A DNA stretch of 64,000 nucleotides from Longimicrobiales bacterium. Lineage in GTDB: Bacteria > Gemmatimonadota > Gemmatimonadetes > Longimicrobiales > Gaopeijiaceae. The notes below the pieces were generated by a model that did no database searches, was not told the DNA's origin, and worked only from the letters and a program-made list of their open reading frames with translations. A program made the position numbers and the translations under genes. Position 1 is the first letter of the stretch, and each line of letters starts with the position of its first letter. This document shows positions 33,984 through 41,972 of the stretch, piece after piece. The stretch is taken from NCBI GenBank assembly GCA_965226375.1, contig CBDDCX010000008.1, positions 1,120,001 to 1,184,000 of the forward strand. Reading direction: 5' to 3'.

Positions 33984-34127
33984 TTAATCCCGTAGAGTGT
34001 CCCATTGTCGTTGACAGGTTCCGAAATGGCTCCAGGGGCGCTTCCAGGAGCTCTCAAGGGAAAGGAGAAGCCCCTCCTCCGGAATCACTCCGAGGGAGGG
34101 TTCTCTCTTGCGAATGATATTGCCAAA

Positions 34128-35195
34128 GGGGGTATTCCCTTAAGTCCACCGACCCCAAGATATAGTGGTTACCGGGGCTCTGCGGGCCGTTTCCCACGTC
34201 CGGTGCCGAGGTAAAGGGCCGAAGCTGGCGTGGGAGCACACTGAACAGCCTGCTCAAGCAAGCGGTAGAACAACAGGCCGCGAGCCCGGGATGTGCGTCG
34301 GTTGAAGCGAAAGGTGAACTCGTCCAGATAGTAGGGGAGGTGTTCGCGGGCGATCCCTCCTTGGAGGGTTCCGAGGACCCAGCGCTTGAGGAGAGACGCC
34401 ACCCGATGTACGGCCGACATGAGCACGTGAGCGGGATCGCCGGAGGTCGAGAGGTTCGTGACCGTGTGGCGAAAGCCCAGTTTGGCGAGTCCCTGATAGC
34501 TTGGCCATCCGTCGGTATGCACCGTGCTTGCCGGTGCGATGCTATCCTTGACGAAGCCTCGCAGAACCGGAGCGGAGAGGTCGGGCACCCAACGCAGCCG
34601 TATTCTCCCGATCTTGCGTCCGTCGACCTCGGCGGCGATCGCGACGATGGCCTTCTTGATCGTCTCGCGGCCCCGCACTCCAGCCTCCACGCCCCCGACA
34701 TAGCTCTCGTCCACTTGCACAACGCCGCTCAGCTGGTCGCGATCCGGTCGGACCATGGCCCGGCGGAGCTTGTGGAGCCAGACCCACGCTGTCTTGTAGC
34801 TTCCCAGTCCGAGCACGCGCTGGAGCCCGAGAGCATTGGCTCCGTATTTCTGGCTCGTGAGCTCCCAGGCAGCGAGAAACCACAGACGCAGGGGCGAGCG
34901 CGTGCGGTGGAACACGGTTCCCGCCAGCACCGAGGTCTGCCTTCGACAGTGTGGGCAGACGAGACGCCCCCGCGATGCTCGCCAGACCTCTCCCAACCCG
35001 CCACAGCCCACGCACACAAACCCTTCCGGCCAGCGCAGACCCTCCACGTACTCCAGGCATGCCGCATCGTCGGGGAAGAACTCGTCCAACTCCAGCCGCG
35101 TACGGGGATAGTCCACGCCGCCACGGAGCTGAGAAGCCGGAACCGCCATGACCACAACATGTAGTGGGCGGTGGACTTAAGGCTCATACCCCATT
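34128..35195 (-). mobile_element. IS1595-family element, copy 1, 8-bp target duplication TTGCCAAA
   Basis: IRs GGGGTAT..CTTAAGTCCACCG at both ends; TTGCCAAA at 34120-34127 and 35196-35203; ends uncertain by 2 bp. Confidence 0.88.
34169..35155 (-). CDS. IS1595-family transposase (Zn ribbon + DDE)
   Basis: LRWPEGFVCVGC..CPHC, VQVDESYVGG, HTDGWPSY, YLDEFTFRFNRR; identical protein at 60118-61104. Confidence 0.93.
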   Translation of the reverse strand: MVMAVPASQLRGGVDYPRTRLELDEFFPDDAACLEYVEGLRWPEGFVCVGCGGLGEVWRASRGRLVCPHCRRQTSVLAGTVFHRTRSPLRLWFLAAWELTSQKYGANALGLQRVLGLGSYKTAWVWLHKLRRAMVRPDRDQLSGVVQVDESYVGGVEAGVRGRETIKKAIVAIAAEVDGRKIGRIRLRWVPDLSAPVLRGFVKDSIAPASTVHTDGWPSYQGLAKLGFRHTVTNLSTSGDPAHVLMSAVHRVASLLKRWVLGTLQGGIAREHLPYYLDEFTFRFNRRTSRARGLLFYRLLEQAVQCAPTPASALYLGTGRGKRPAEPR

Positions 35196-35245
35196 TTGCC
35201 AAATTACATGAGGGGGTTGGCAAAACGCACGGGAGACTCTTTGAA

Positions 35246-35964
35246 ATGAATGCGAAGAAAGGACAAAGACAACATTCGCCGCAGGACTTGTGCCTCAATT
35301 CCTTCTTCGTAATTGGATCCGACTCTGACAATAGAGTCGGTGTTTTCCGGAAAAATATTCCCGGAATGCCTTACAGCCGTCTCAGTCCAAGAGCTACAGG
35401 GTATGAGGAGGGAGTCTATTCGTTGAAGGGGGTCCGAGATGTAGATTCGCGGATATAAATCTCGTGGAAGAGAGAGTCCTTAGCCTCATCGATAGCAATA
35501 GCGCGCAGGTCATCAATAAGCTACTTAAGTCTGGACTTTCTGAGATGGCTAATAAAGATGTTGAATGGTTGTATATTCTTGTGGCGTCTCTGGAGTTACG
35601 TCATCCTGACCACATTGAGAGCGTCAAGGAAATGGCCTACTCCGTGATAGCCGATGATATAGACGACGGGTTTGAGTTAACTAGACAGGTTCTCGAAACG
35701 ATGGAGAAACACCCGGAAATAGCCAGTAACCTACCTCGAAAGAACCTAGGTCTCCACATCTCGAGTCGAGCCAATATTTTACGAAAGGAGTTGCGATCGT
35801 TGGCATTAATGGACTTCACAGATGAAAGGGACCATCTGCTTCTGTCTGATCTTCCGCTCATTCGGACAAAGGGAGTAGAGGATCCAAATGTGGTTGTTGC
35901 GCTACCTATCAGCCCCTGGAAGCTAGTCTTGGGATTCAAGACGCCAATGTTCGAAACAGTCTAG
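35246..35964 (+). pseudogene. Frameshifted, truncated DUF4238-like gene
   Basis: QH.PQ start, SPRATGYEEGVY, frameshift near 35455, then EERVLSLID..SLELRHP..LLLSDLP..ALPISP. Confidence 0.6.
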
Positions 35965-36019
35965 GAGCCCAAGAAGAAACCCGAGGAGGTGTTCCCTTGG
36001 GAAAGGGTATCTCTCAAGG

Positions 36020-36056
36020 TTAGTTAAGGGGTCGACTTTTGCCCCCCTTTAACTAA
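36020..36056. terminator. Hairpin between convergent genes
   Basis: TTAGTTAAGGGG...CCCCTTTAACTAA imperfect inverted repeat. Confidence 0.45.
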
Positions 36057-36057
36057 T

Positions 36058-36384
36058 TTATGAAAGGATGCTCGGTTCCGGATCCTCGGGATCGGGGAAC
36101 CAATACACATGCTTCCTGCCCCGCACTTCCCATTCGAGAAGTCCATGATCCCGGAGAGCGCGTTTCGCCGCCTGAACGGTCCTCATGGAGAGCGAAGCGC
36201 GCTGAGCGATGGTCTGCATGGTGGGGAAGCATCGTCCGGTCGAGGAATTCTTGAATGAGCGGATGCTGACGTAGGTAGCTAATTCAGAACCCTTCAACCC
36301 GATAGCCTCCCAGGGAACAGGAACGAAACGCCGGGGGAGCCCTTTGCAGAGCGGACAGAGGATAGTCTTCTTTTTCTTGGTCAT
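36058..36384 (-). CDS. Helix-turn-helix protein (HTH_36-like, as in phage/plasmid replication protein N-termini)
   Basis: CFPTMQTIAQRASLSMRTVQAAKRALRDHGLLEW; N-terminal CPLC. Confidence 0.7.
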   Translation of the reverse strand: MTKKKKTILCPLCKGLPRRFVPVPWEAIGLKGSELATYVSIRSFKNSSTGRCFPTMQTIAQRASLSMRTVQAAKRALRDHGLLEWEVRGRKHVYWFPDPEDPEPSILS

Positions 36385-36746
36385 TGATGGTTCAATCATA
36401 CTACAGTGATGTAGTAGTATAGAATTCACAGAATCCTCAAAATTCAGGAATTCTTAATTCTTGATATGGTTATGAGGAGTCGGTGCAAGGGAGGTCCCCT
36501 CCGGAACAGTGAAGTTCTCGTGAGTGACTCTCCCTCGCAAAGCAGGATGTCAATGAGTCTGCCAGCGCGTTATAGGGTCGGAACTGTAGGCCGCTCCGAT
36601 TCGGTCCAAGCCTCCCCGCCCGCCCGATGGAATCTATTAGTGAGTCGCCCGCAGGGATCACCCGACGACTCATACCCTGACTTCAAGGGAGATTCCTTCT
36701 AGACGAAAGATAAGGGGTCCATTATCTCGGAGCAACGCACTGTCAT

Positions 36747-37202
36747 TTAACATACGCCCCCTGCCCGCAGGTCACTCTCGGACCACCAGACTCCTTTGGG
36801 TCCATTCCCTAACGCCCGGCCTGATTTCGTATGAATCAACTTCCAATGACCAGGGGGACCTCCCTCCGATTCCAATATGAAGTCCTTCTCAGCCGCCCTC
36901 TCATGCAAGCGGTCCTCCGGAGTCATCTCCGCCGTCCCGATCCTCTCCCGCGCTTCCGATCCTTCAGTCTGAAGTGGTGGGACTCCGAGCCGCTTTGCTA
37001 CATCCATCGTGTGCCAGGAATATTCTAGTCGACTCCAGGTGGTGCCGGGGAGATCGTATCCCTTCTTGTCGATGAGTCGCCAGCACTCGAAATCGATAGC
37101 TAGGGGATCTCTCCGGAGGGATTTCAACAGGACAAGTCCCTGACGAGATGCAGCTCTTCGAAGCCTGTTCTCATAGACCTTCTGCTGGATCGAAATCGCC
37201 AA
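36747..37202 (-). CDS. Hypothetical island protein with an internal two-fold repeat
   Basis: Purine-rich RBS before TTG; ENRLRRAASRQGLVL..WRLID resembles EDRLHERAAEKDFIL..WKLIH. Confidence 0.6.
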   Translation of the reverse strand: MAISIQQKVYENRLRRAASRQGLVLLKSLRRDPLAIDFECWRLIDKKGYDLPGTTWSRLEYSWHTMDVAKRLGVPPLQTEGSEARERIGTAEMTPEDRLHERAAEKDFILESEGGPPGHWKLIHTKSGRALGNGPKGVWWSESDLRAGGVC

Positions 37203-37267
37203 GTCCCTCTCCCCCTGAGGAGAGAGTATGGAGAAGGGTCCTGGGCGATTTTTCGGATAGGTCGAGG

Positions 37268-37300
37268 TATGCCGGAGAGTATGCCGGAAGATATGCCGGA
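37268..37300 (+). repeat. Three direct repeats TATGCCGGA, 12-bp period
   Basis: 37268-37276, 37280-37288, 37292-37300, in non-coding DNA. Confidence 0.85.
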
Positions 37301-37489
37301 AAGGATGGGAGCCAGCCCGAGAGGAAAAATCCTGCTGAGGCTGTCGAGATATCCTAAATATATGTAAGGAAAGGACTTAGAGTCCGTCGAGTGAAAGGAC
37401 TTTCGGTGCTGCCAACTTTCATGTAAAACGCGATGAGAATGGGCCTATCCTCTTGAAAGATAAGGGGTTAGCCCCTCGGTCCAGTCAGA

Positions 37490-37517
37490 ACGCCAGACAA
37501 TATATATTATACGAACT
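37490..37517 (-). other. Degenerate dif-like site; right junction of the island
   Basis: Minus strand AGTTCGTATAA-TATATA-TTGTCTGGCGT: XerC arm 10/11 and spacer 6/6 identical to the left site, XerD arm 6/11. Confidence 0.8.
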
Positions 37518-37597
37518 AACGCCGGATTACGTTAAAAGAGCAGAATCCCCGTCATTCATGGCGAATTCGGCCCCTTCAACGATTGAGTGGAGCTCCC

Positions 37598-38302
37598 TCA
37601 GCCCAATCCTTCGGCCACTCCCCGCATCTCGGCCAACCGTAACTCGTAGACTCCGCGTCCCGGGTCGTCGACCTCGAACGTCGCTAGAATCCGCTCGTAC
37701 AACTCGGCCGCACCCTCGATGTTCTGTTGGCGATGTCGTGCCCGTGCACCGCTCTCCAGGGCGTCGTGGATCTGGAAATCCAGATCCGCCCTATCCGCGA
37801 TGCGCAGATACAGGCCCTCGGCGTCCGACCAGCGACCCTGGTCCTCGTAGGCTCGAGCCAGGAGCGCACTGCCTTGCAGTCCCAAGGCGTCACCGAGCGA
37901 CAGGCCGCCACGCTCCAGCACGCTGATGGCCACTGCAGCGTCACCCGCCTCCAGATGCAACCGTCCCAGGAGGACCACCGCCTCCTGCGCCTCATTGGTC
38001 CCCTCGAAGCGGTCGAGGAACGTACTCAACTGTGCCTTGGCGTCCTCGAAAGCCGAAATCGATATCGACTGGTAGATGGATTCCAACTGGTTCATGGCCT
38101 GTATCGCCACCGAACGCTGGAAGTTGAGATAGTACAATCCACCGAAGATCAGCAGGGCCAGTACGACGCTGCCGAGCACCAGGAGCTGACGATTTACGCT
38201 CGCCCATCGCGACAGGTCCATGACACCGGCGACAAAGGCGTCGTCCTGTTGCTCGGGAGTGTGCGGCTGACGCCGCGACGCGGGGTGGCGGCGCTTCGAC
38301 AT
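37598..38302 (-). CDS. Membrane-anchored TPR protein (YfgM-like)
   Basis: Single N-terminal TM helix followed by TPR-like helices. Confidence 0.75.
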   Translation of the reverse strand: MSKRRHPASRRQPHTPEQQDDAFVAGVMDLSRWASVNRQLLVLGSVVLALLIFGGLYYLNFQRSVAIQAMNQLESIYQSISISAFEDAKAQLSTFLDRFEGTNEAQEAVVLLGRLHLEAGDAAVAISVLERGGLSLGDALGLQGSALLARAYEDQGRWSDAEGLYLRIADRADLDFQIHDALESGARARHRQQNIEGAAELYERILATFEVDDPGRGVYELRLAEMRGVAEGLG

Positions 38303-38413
38303 CGTGACTGATCCGACCTCGTGGGGAATTCCGCTAAAGAATTGAAAAACCTACCCTTAGCCGAATTTCCGGTCAACGGGTCGACCGCTTCGGGTAGCGG
38401 GTCGACCGACCCA

Positions 38414-39103
38414 CTACGACCGCTTCCGGGGTCGCCGTCGTGACGCCTCCGAGCCGGCCTTTCGTAAGGCGCCCGGTTTGGTGACGATCAAGGCACGGGG
38501 GCTTTGGCGTAGCACGCCATCGTAAATCCAATCGTTGATTGCGGTCGTAACCGTAGACCGGTGCGCCCCGGCGAGGTCTGCGAGCTCCTGATGTGTGAAC
38601 CAGTGCTCCAAACGGATCCGGCGTCCATCATCATCACCCAGCCGGTATGCCAGGTCCAGGAGGACATCGGCGATCCGTGCCCTGGACGAGGAACCGGAAG
38701 ACCCTGCGATGCGGCGCGCCTCCCGCAGGTCGCGGTCGTAGCTCGACAAGAAGGTCCCGAGTGTCTTGGGAGACCCTCTGAGGGCCTTGAATACTGCCAC
38801 GCCACTCAGGGACAGGATGACGCACGCGGAGCCTGCCACGGCCGCGTAGCGACGTGGTACGTCCGTTGTAACCGCCTCTTCGCCAAACAACTCGGCAGGT
38901 CCGGCGACGGCGACCGTACGCTCGGTCTCCTCTCCGGTGCGCGGAAGCGTCAGCCGGACATGACCTTCTTGTACAAGGAAGACCACATCCGCCTGTTCGC
39001 CACGACTGAAGATGGACTGTCCCTTTCGGTAGACCAAAGGCGTGGCAGCCTTGATCAGTCTATTCAGCTTTCGATCCCTTCGTGGGATCACCTTGAGTGG
39101 CAT
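38414..39103 (-). CDS. Crp/Fnr family transcriptional regulator
   Basis: cNMP-binding fold (IFSRGE, ELFGE) plus HTH FTHQELADLAGAHRSTVT. Confidence 0.9.
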   Translation of the reverse strand: MPLKVIPRRDRKLNRLIKAATPLVYRKGQSIFSRGEQADVVFLVQEGHVRLTLPRTGEETERTVAVAGPAELFGEEAVTTDVPRRYAAVAGSACVILSLSGVAVFKALRGSPKTLGTFLSSYDRDLREARRIAGSSGSSSRARIADVLLDLAYRLGDDDGRRIRLEHWFTHQELADLAGAHRSTVTTAINDWIYDGVLRQSPRALIVTKPGALRKAGSEASRRRPRKRS

Positions 39104-39113
39104 TCTTGCCTTT

Positions 39114-40328
39114 CTATGCGTGGCGCGCCCACCGGTGAGTCTTCAGGGCCGGGTGGAACGCCAGACCTGTACCGACGAGTAACACCGGAATCGAAATCAA
39201 AGCAGCGGTGCGAGCATCCATCAAGTCACCGAGGACCCCGGTCCCCAGAACAGCTACAGATCCGACGGCCCAGGCCAACCCCATGACGATCCCCGACCCC
39301 ACCGCGGTACTCTCGGGAACGATCTCCTGCGCCATCACGACGATGGGCGGTAGGAGGGCCATATTGAGGAATCCCGCGGCCGCCGCAAGGAGGAGCGCGC
39401 CGGCCGACCCCGCCGGGAGCCAGACCGCCAGCATATGGACGGGCACCGCCAAGGCGGTGATCCATGCGAGCAGCCGTACTCGATCTACCCGATCTGTCAG
39501 CATGCCGCCAGTGATCGTGCCCGCTCCCTGGGCGCCCAGGTAGATGCTCAGGGTCACGGCACCCATGGCTTCGGAGACCCCCGCGTCCGATGCAATGATG
39601 GGCACCATGGTCACGAACACGCGCTGAACGAAAGCGGCGAGGGCACTGATGCCGAAGATCACGCCCAGGGGCCCTCTGAGACATCTCATCACCTCACGGG
39701 GAGACGGTGGGGGTGCTGCGGCGGGATGTGGCCGATCGGCGGGGAGCACCCGGATGAGAATCACCGTGGCGACGATGGCCGGAAACATGGCCACCCAGAG
39801 TCCCCTCATGCCCCCCATCGACACCAGGGCAACGGCGATCAGGGGGCCGAACGCATAGCCCATGGTGCCCCCGAAAGAGAACAGAGACAGTCGCAGGCCA
39901 CTCCCCTTCCCCTCCGACGCCCGAGCGGACATGGCCGCCGCCGGCGGGTGGAAGACCGCGCTGCCCATACCTCCGAGAATCAGAAGAACCACCAACAGAC
40001 CGAAGGTCGGCGCAAACCCCATGAGCGACAGGAACACCCCCGATAAAAGCGGACCGGCGATGACCAGCGGCTTGCGACCGTAGCGATCGGCCCAGTACCC
40101 GACGAGAGGTTGTATGAGCGACGCGGCCAATGACAGCGTCATGACGAGCGACGCGGCCAGCGTGATGGAGAGCCCGAGGTTCTCCATGATTCTGGGGAGC
40201 AGTGGATGCAGAAATGAGGCGTATGCGTCGTTCAGCGCGTGGGCAACACCGACCGCCAAAGCCACACCTCTTGCCCCACCACCGAATCTGCGGATCCGGT
40301 GAGATTGTTCGACGCTGGTGACGTGCAT
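39114..40328 (-). CDS. MFS transporter (Fsr-like)
   Basis: HALNDAY, QPLVGYWADRYGRK, AVFHPPA, about 12 TM helices. Confidence 0.88.
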   Translation of the reverse strand: MHVTSVEQSHRIRRFGGGARGVALAVGVAHALNDAYASFLHPLLPRIMENLGLSITLAASLVMTLSLAASLIQPLVGYWADRYGRKPLVIAGPLLSGVFLSLMGFAPTFGLLVVLLILGGMGSAVFHPPAAAMSARASEGKGSGLRLSLFSFGGTMGYAFGPLIAVALVSMGGMRGLWVAMFPAIVATVILIRVLPADRPHPAAAPPPSPREVMRCLRGPLGVIFGISALAAFVQRVFVTMVPIIASDAGVSEAMGAVTLSIYLGAQGAGTITGGMLTDRVDRVRLLAWITALAVPVHMLAVWLPAGSAGALLLAAAAGFLNMALLPPIVVMAQEIVPESTAVGSGIVMGLAWAVGSVAVLGTGVLGDLMDARTAALISIPVLLVGTGLAFHPALKTHRWARHA

Positions 40329-40475
40329 GCCGGGAGCTTACAGGTCCAGGTTCACACGCGCTACCAGGCCTCGAGCCCGGCTACGAGCGACCCGTGAGAT
40401 CCTGGCTCAGCGCCCCGTGCTCCCCTATGCTCCCCGTCAACGGACAGGCGTCCGGGCCGCTCAGACCCCCTTCCC

Positions 40476-40859
40476 ATGGCCGAGGAGATCATGGAACGGA
40501 CATTCGCCCTGATGGGATCGCTCCTGGCCATGATAGCCGTGGTCCTCGGCGCCTTCGGCGCACACGCACTTCGAGGACGCTTGAGCCCGGAAGATCTGGC
40601 CACGTTCGAGACGGGAGTTCGCTACCAGATGTACCATGCTCTGGCGCTGTTCGCCGTCGCCTGGGCTGCATCGCGGTGGCCGTCGGGTGCCTCCACGGCC
40701 GCGGGGTGGCTCTTCGTGGTCGGCATCGTCGTCTTTTCCGGCAGCCTGTACGTGCTGGTGATGACCGGACAGCGCTGGCTGGGCGCGGTCACGCCTCTGG
40801 GAGGATTGCTGATGATCTGCGGGTGGGCGGCCCTGGGCTGGGCCATCTTCCGAGGCTGA
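40476..40859 (+). CDS. DUF423 family membrane protein
   Basis: GAFGAHAL, FETGVRYQMYH, FSGSLY, GAVTPLGG; start may be 40491. Confidence 0.9.
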   Translation: MAEEIMERTFALMGSLLAMIAVVLGAFGAHALRGRLSPEDLATFETGVRYQMYHALALFAVAWAASRWPSGASTAAGWLFVVGIVVFSGSLYVLVMTGQRWLGAVTPLGGLLMICGWAALGWAIFRG

Positions 40860-40899
40860 TCGAAAGGCCAGCCGATGACGGCGATGATCGGTCGGGTCC

Positions 40900-41715
40900 T
40901 TGCCTGAGAGGGATCTGGCGTTCAGCGAAGTCAGACGCCTGCTTCAGTCGGCCAAGAATATGCTCGTGCTCACGGGTGCCGGGGTAAGCGCGGAGTCGGG
41001 CGTTCCCACCTTCAGGGGACCCGACGGGCTCTGGAAAAAGCACCGGCCCGAGCAGCTCGCGACCGCCGAAGCGTTTCGGGCCGATCCGCGCCTCGTCTGG
41101 GAGTGGTACGGGTGGCGGAGACAACGTGTGGCTGCCTGCAGCCCGAACGCGGCCCACGAAGCGATGGCCCGCTTGACGGTTCGTGACCCCCGCGTCCGTA
41201 TCGTGACCCAAAACGTCGATGGTTTACACGAGCTCGCTCTCCAGGAGGTGCTCGCAGAAGGGACCGATTCGGACGGCTCGATGCCGGACGCGCGCCCTGC
41301 CATGTCACCTGCGGCACTTTCACTCGAGCTGCATGGTTCTCTCTACCGCGTGCGCTGCCTGGCGTGTCGATTTCACCAGGGCGATCGGAACCCGATCGAC
41401 GCCACCAGCGCGGGTTCTCTGCCTCACTGCCCCGAATGCGGCAGCCTCCTTCGGCCGGACGTGGTGTGGTTCGGCGAGTCACTCGACGAGAACACGTTGG
41501 AAGCTGCGGTCACCACAGCCCAGGGTGCCGAGGTCTGTCTGGTGGTGGGCACCAGTGCCGTGGTGCACCCCGCCGCCTCCCTTCCCCTCCTGACCCGGCA
41601 GAACGGGGGCGTCATCGTGGAGGTCAATCCCGAGCCGACCCCACTGTCTGCCGTGGCTCGCGTGAGCCTCCGGGCGCCGGCAACCGAAGTCATTCCTTTA
41701 CTCCTCGATCCATGA
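40900..41715 (+). CDS. cobB: NAD-dependent protein deacylase (sirtuin)
   Basis: TGAGVSAESGVPTFRG, TQNVDGLH, ELHGS, CxxC..CxxC, RPDVVWFGE, VGTS. Confidence 0.92.
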   Translation: MPERDLAFSEVRRLLQSAKNMLVLTGAGVSAESGVPTFRGPDGLWKKHRPEQLATAEAFRADPRLVWEWYGWRRQRVAACSPNAAHEAMARLTVRDPRVRIVTQNVDGLHELALQEVLAEGTDSDGSMPDARPAMSPAALSLELHGSLYRVRCLACRFHQGDRNPIDATSAGSLPHCPECGSLLRPDVVWFGESLDENTLEAAVTTAQGAEVCLVVGTSAVVHPAASLPLLTRQNGGVIVEVNPEPTPLSAVARVSLRAPATEVIPLLLDP

Positions 41716-41972
41716 GGGGACGGGAGGTGCGACGTGGCGGAGGCCAAGGCTGAACCGACACAGAGCCTGCCGAGCCGGGTGACATGACCGGCACGCCCGT
41801 GACGTACATAGAAGCGTACCTGTGCGGGAACCGGGACACTCGATCTGGGTCTTTTACTTCTGTACGCGACTTGTCCAATCCCCGAAGTGGAGCGTACTCT
41901 TGAATCATGTGCCATGGGCTGAGCTTGTGGCTTCCCAAGGATGGCACTCGGAATTGCCGGAGGCTCGTAGGC

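Larger units (their letters stand above)
32461..34023 (+). mobile_element. IS3-family element, copy 2 (damaged), 3-bp target duplication AAA
   Basis: Near-identical to 9531-11097 but 4 bp shorter; AAA at 32458-32460 and 34024-34026. Confidence 0.92.
30902..37500. mobile_element. Integrase-less island integrated at dif (putative IMEX, partly decayed, carrying IS3 and IS1595 copies)
   Basis: Bounded by a 17-bp direct repeat AATATATATTATACGAA (30883-30899, 37499-37515) inside two dif-like sites; visibly more AT-rich than flanks; no housekeeping genes. Confidence 0.78.

Noticed and set aside
37268..37300. CRISPR-like repeats
   Set aside because: 9-bp repeats with 3-bp spacers are far too short, and there are no cas genes.
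40900..41715. Sirtuin as an anti-phage SIR2 effector
   Set aside because: Standard stand-alone CobB-type deacylase with zinc site, no fused or adjacent defence domains.
41942..41957. Sigma-54 promoter TGGCAC...TTGC upstream of the lipoprotein
   Set aside because: GG-to-GC spacing is 11 rather than the required 10.
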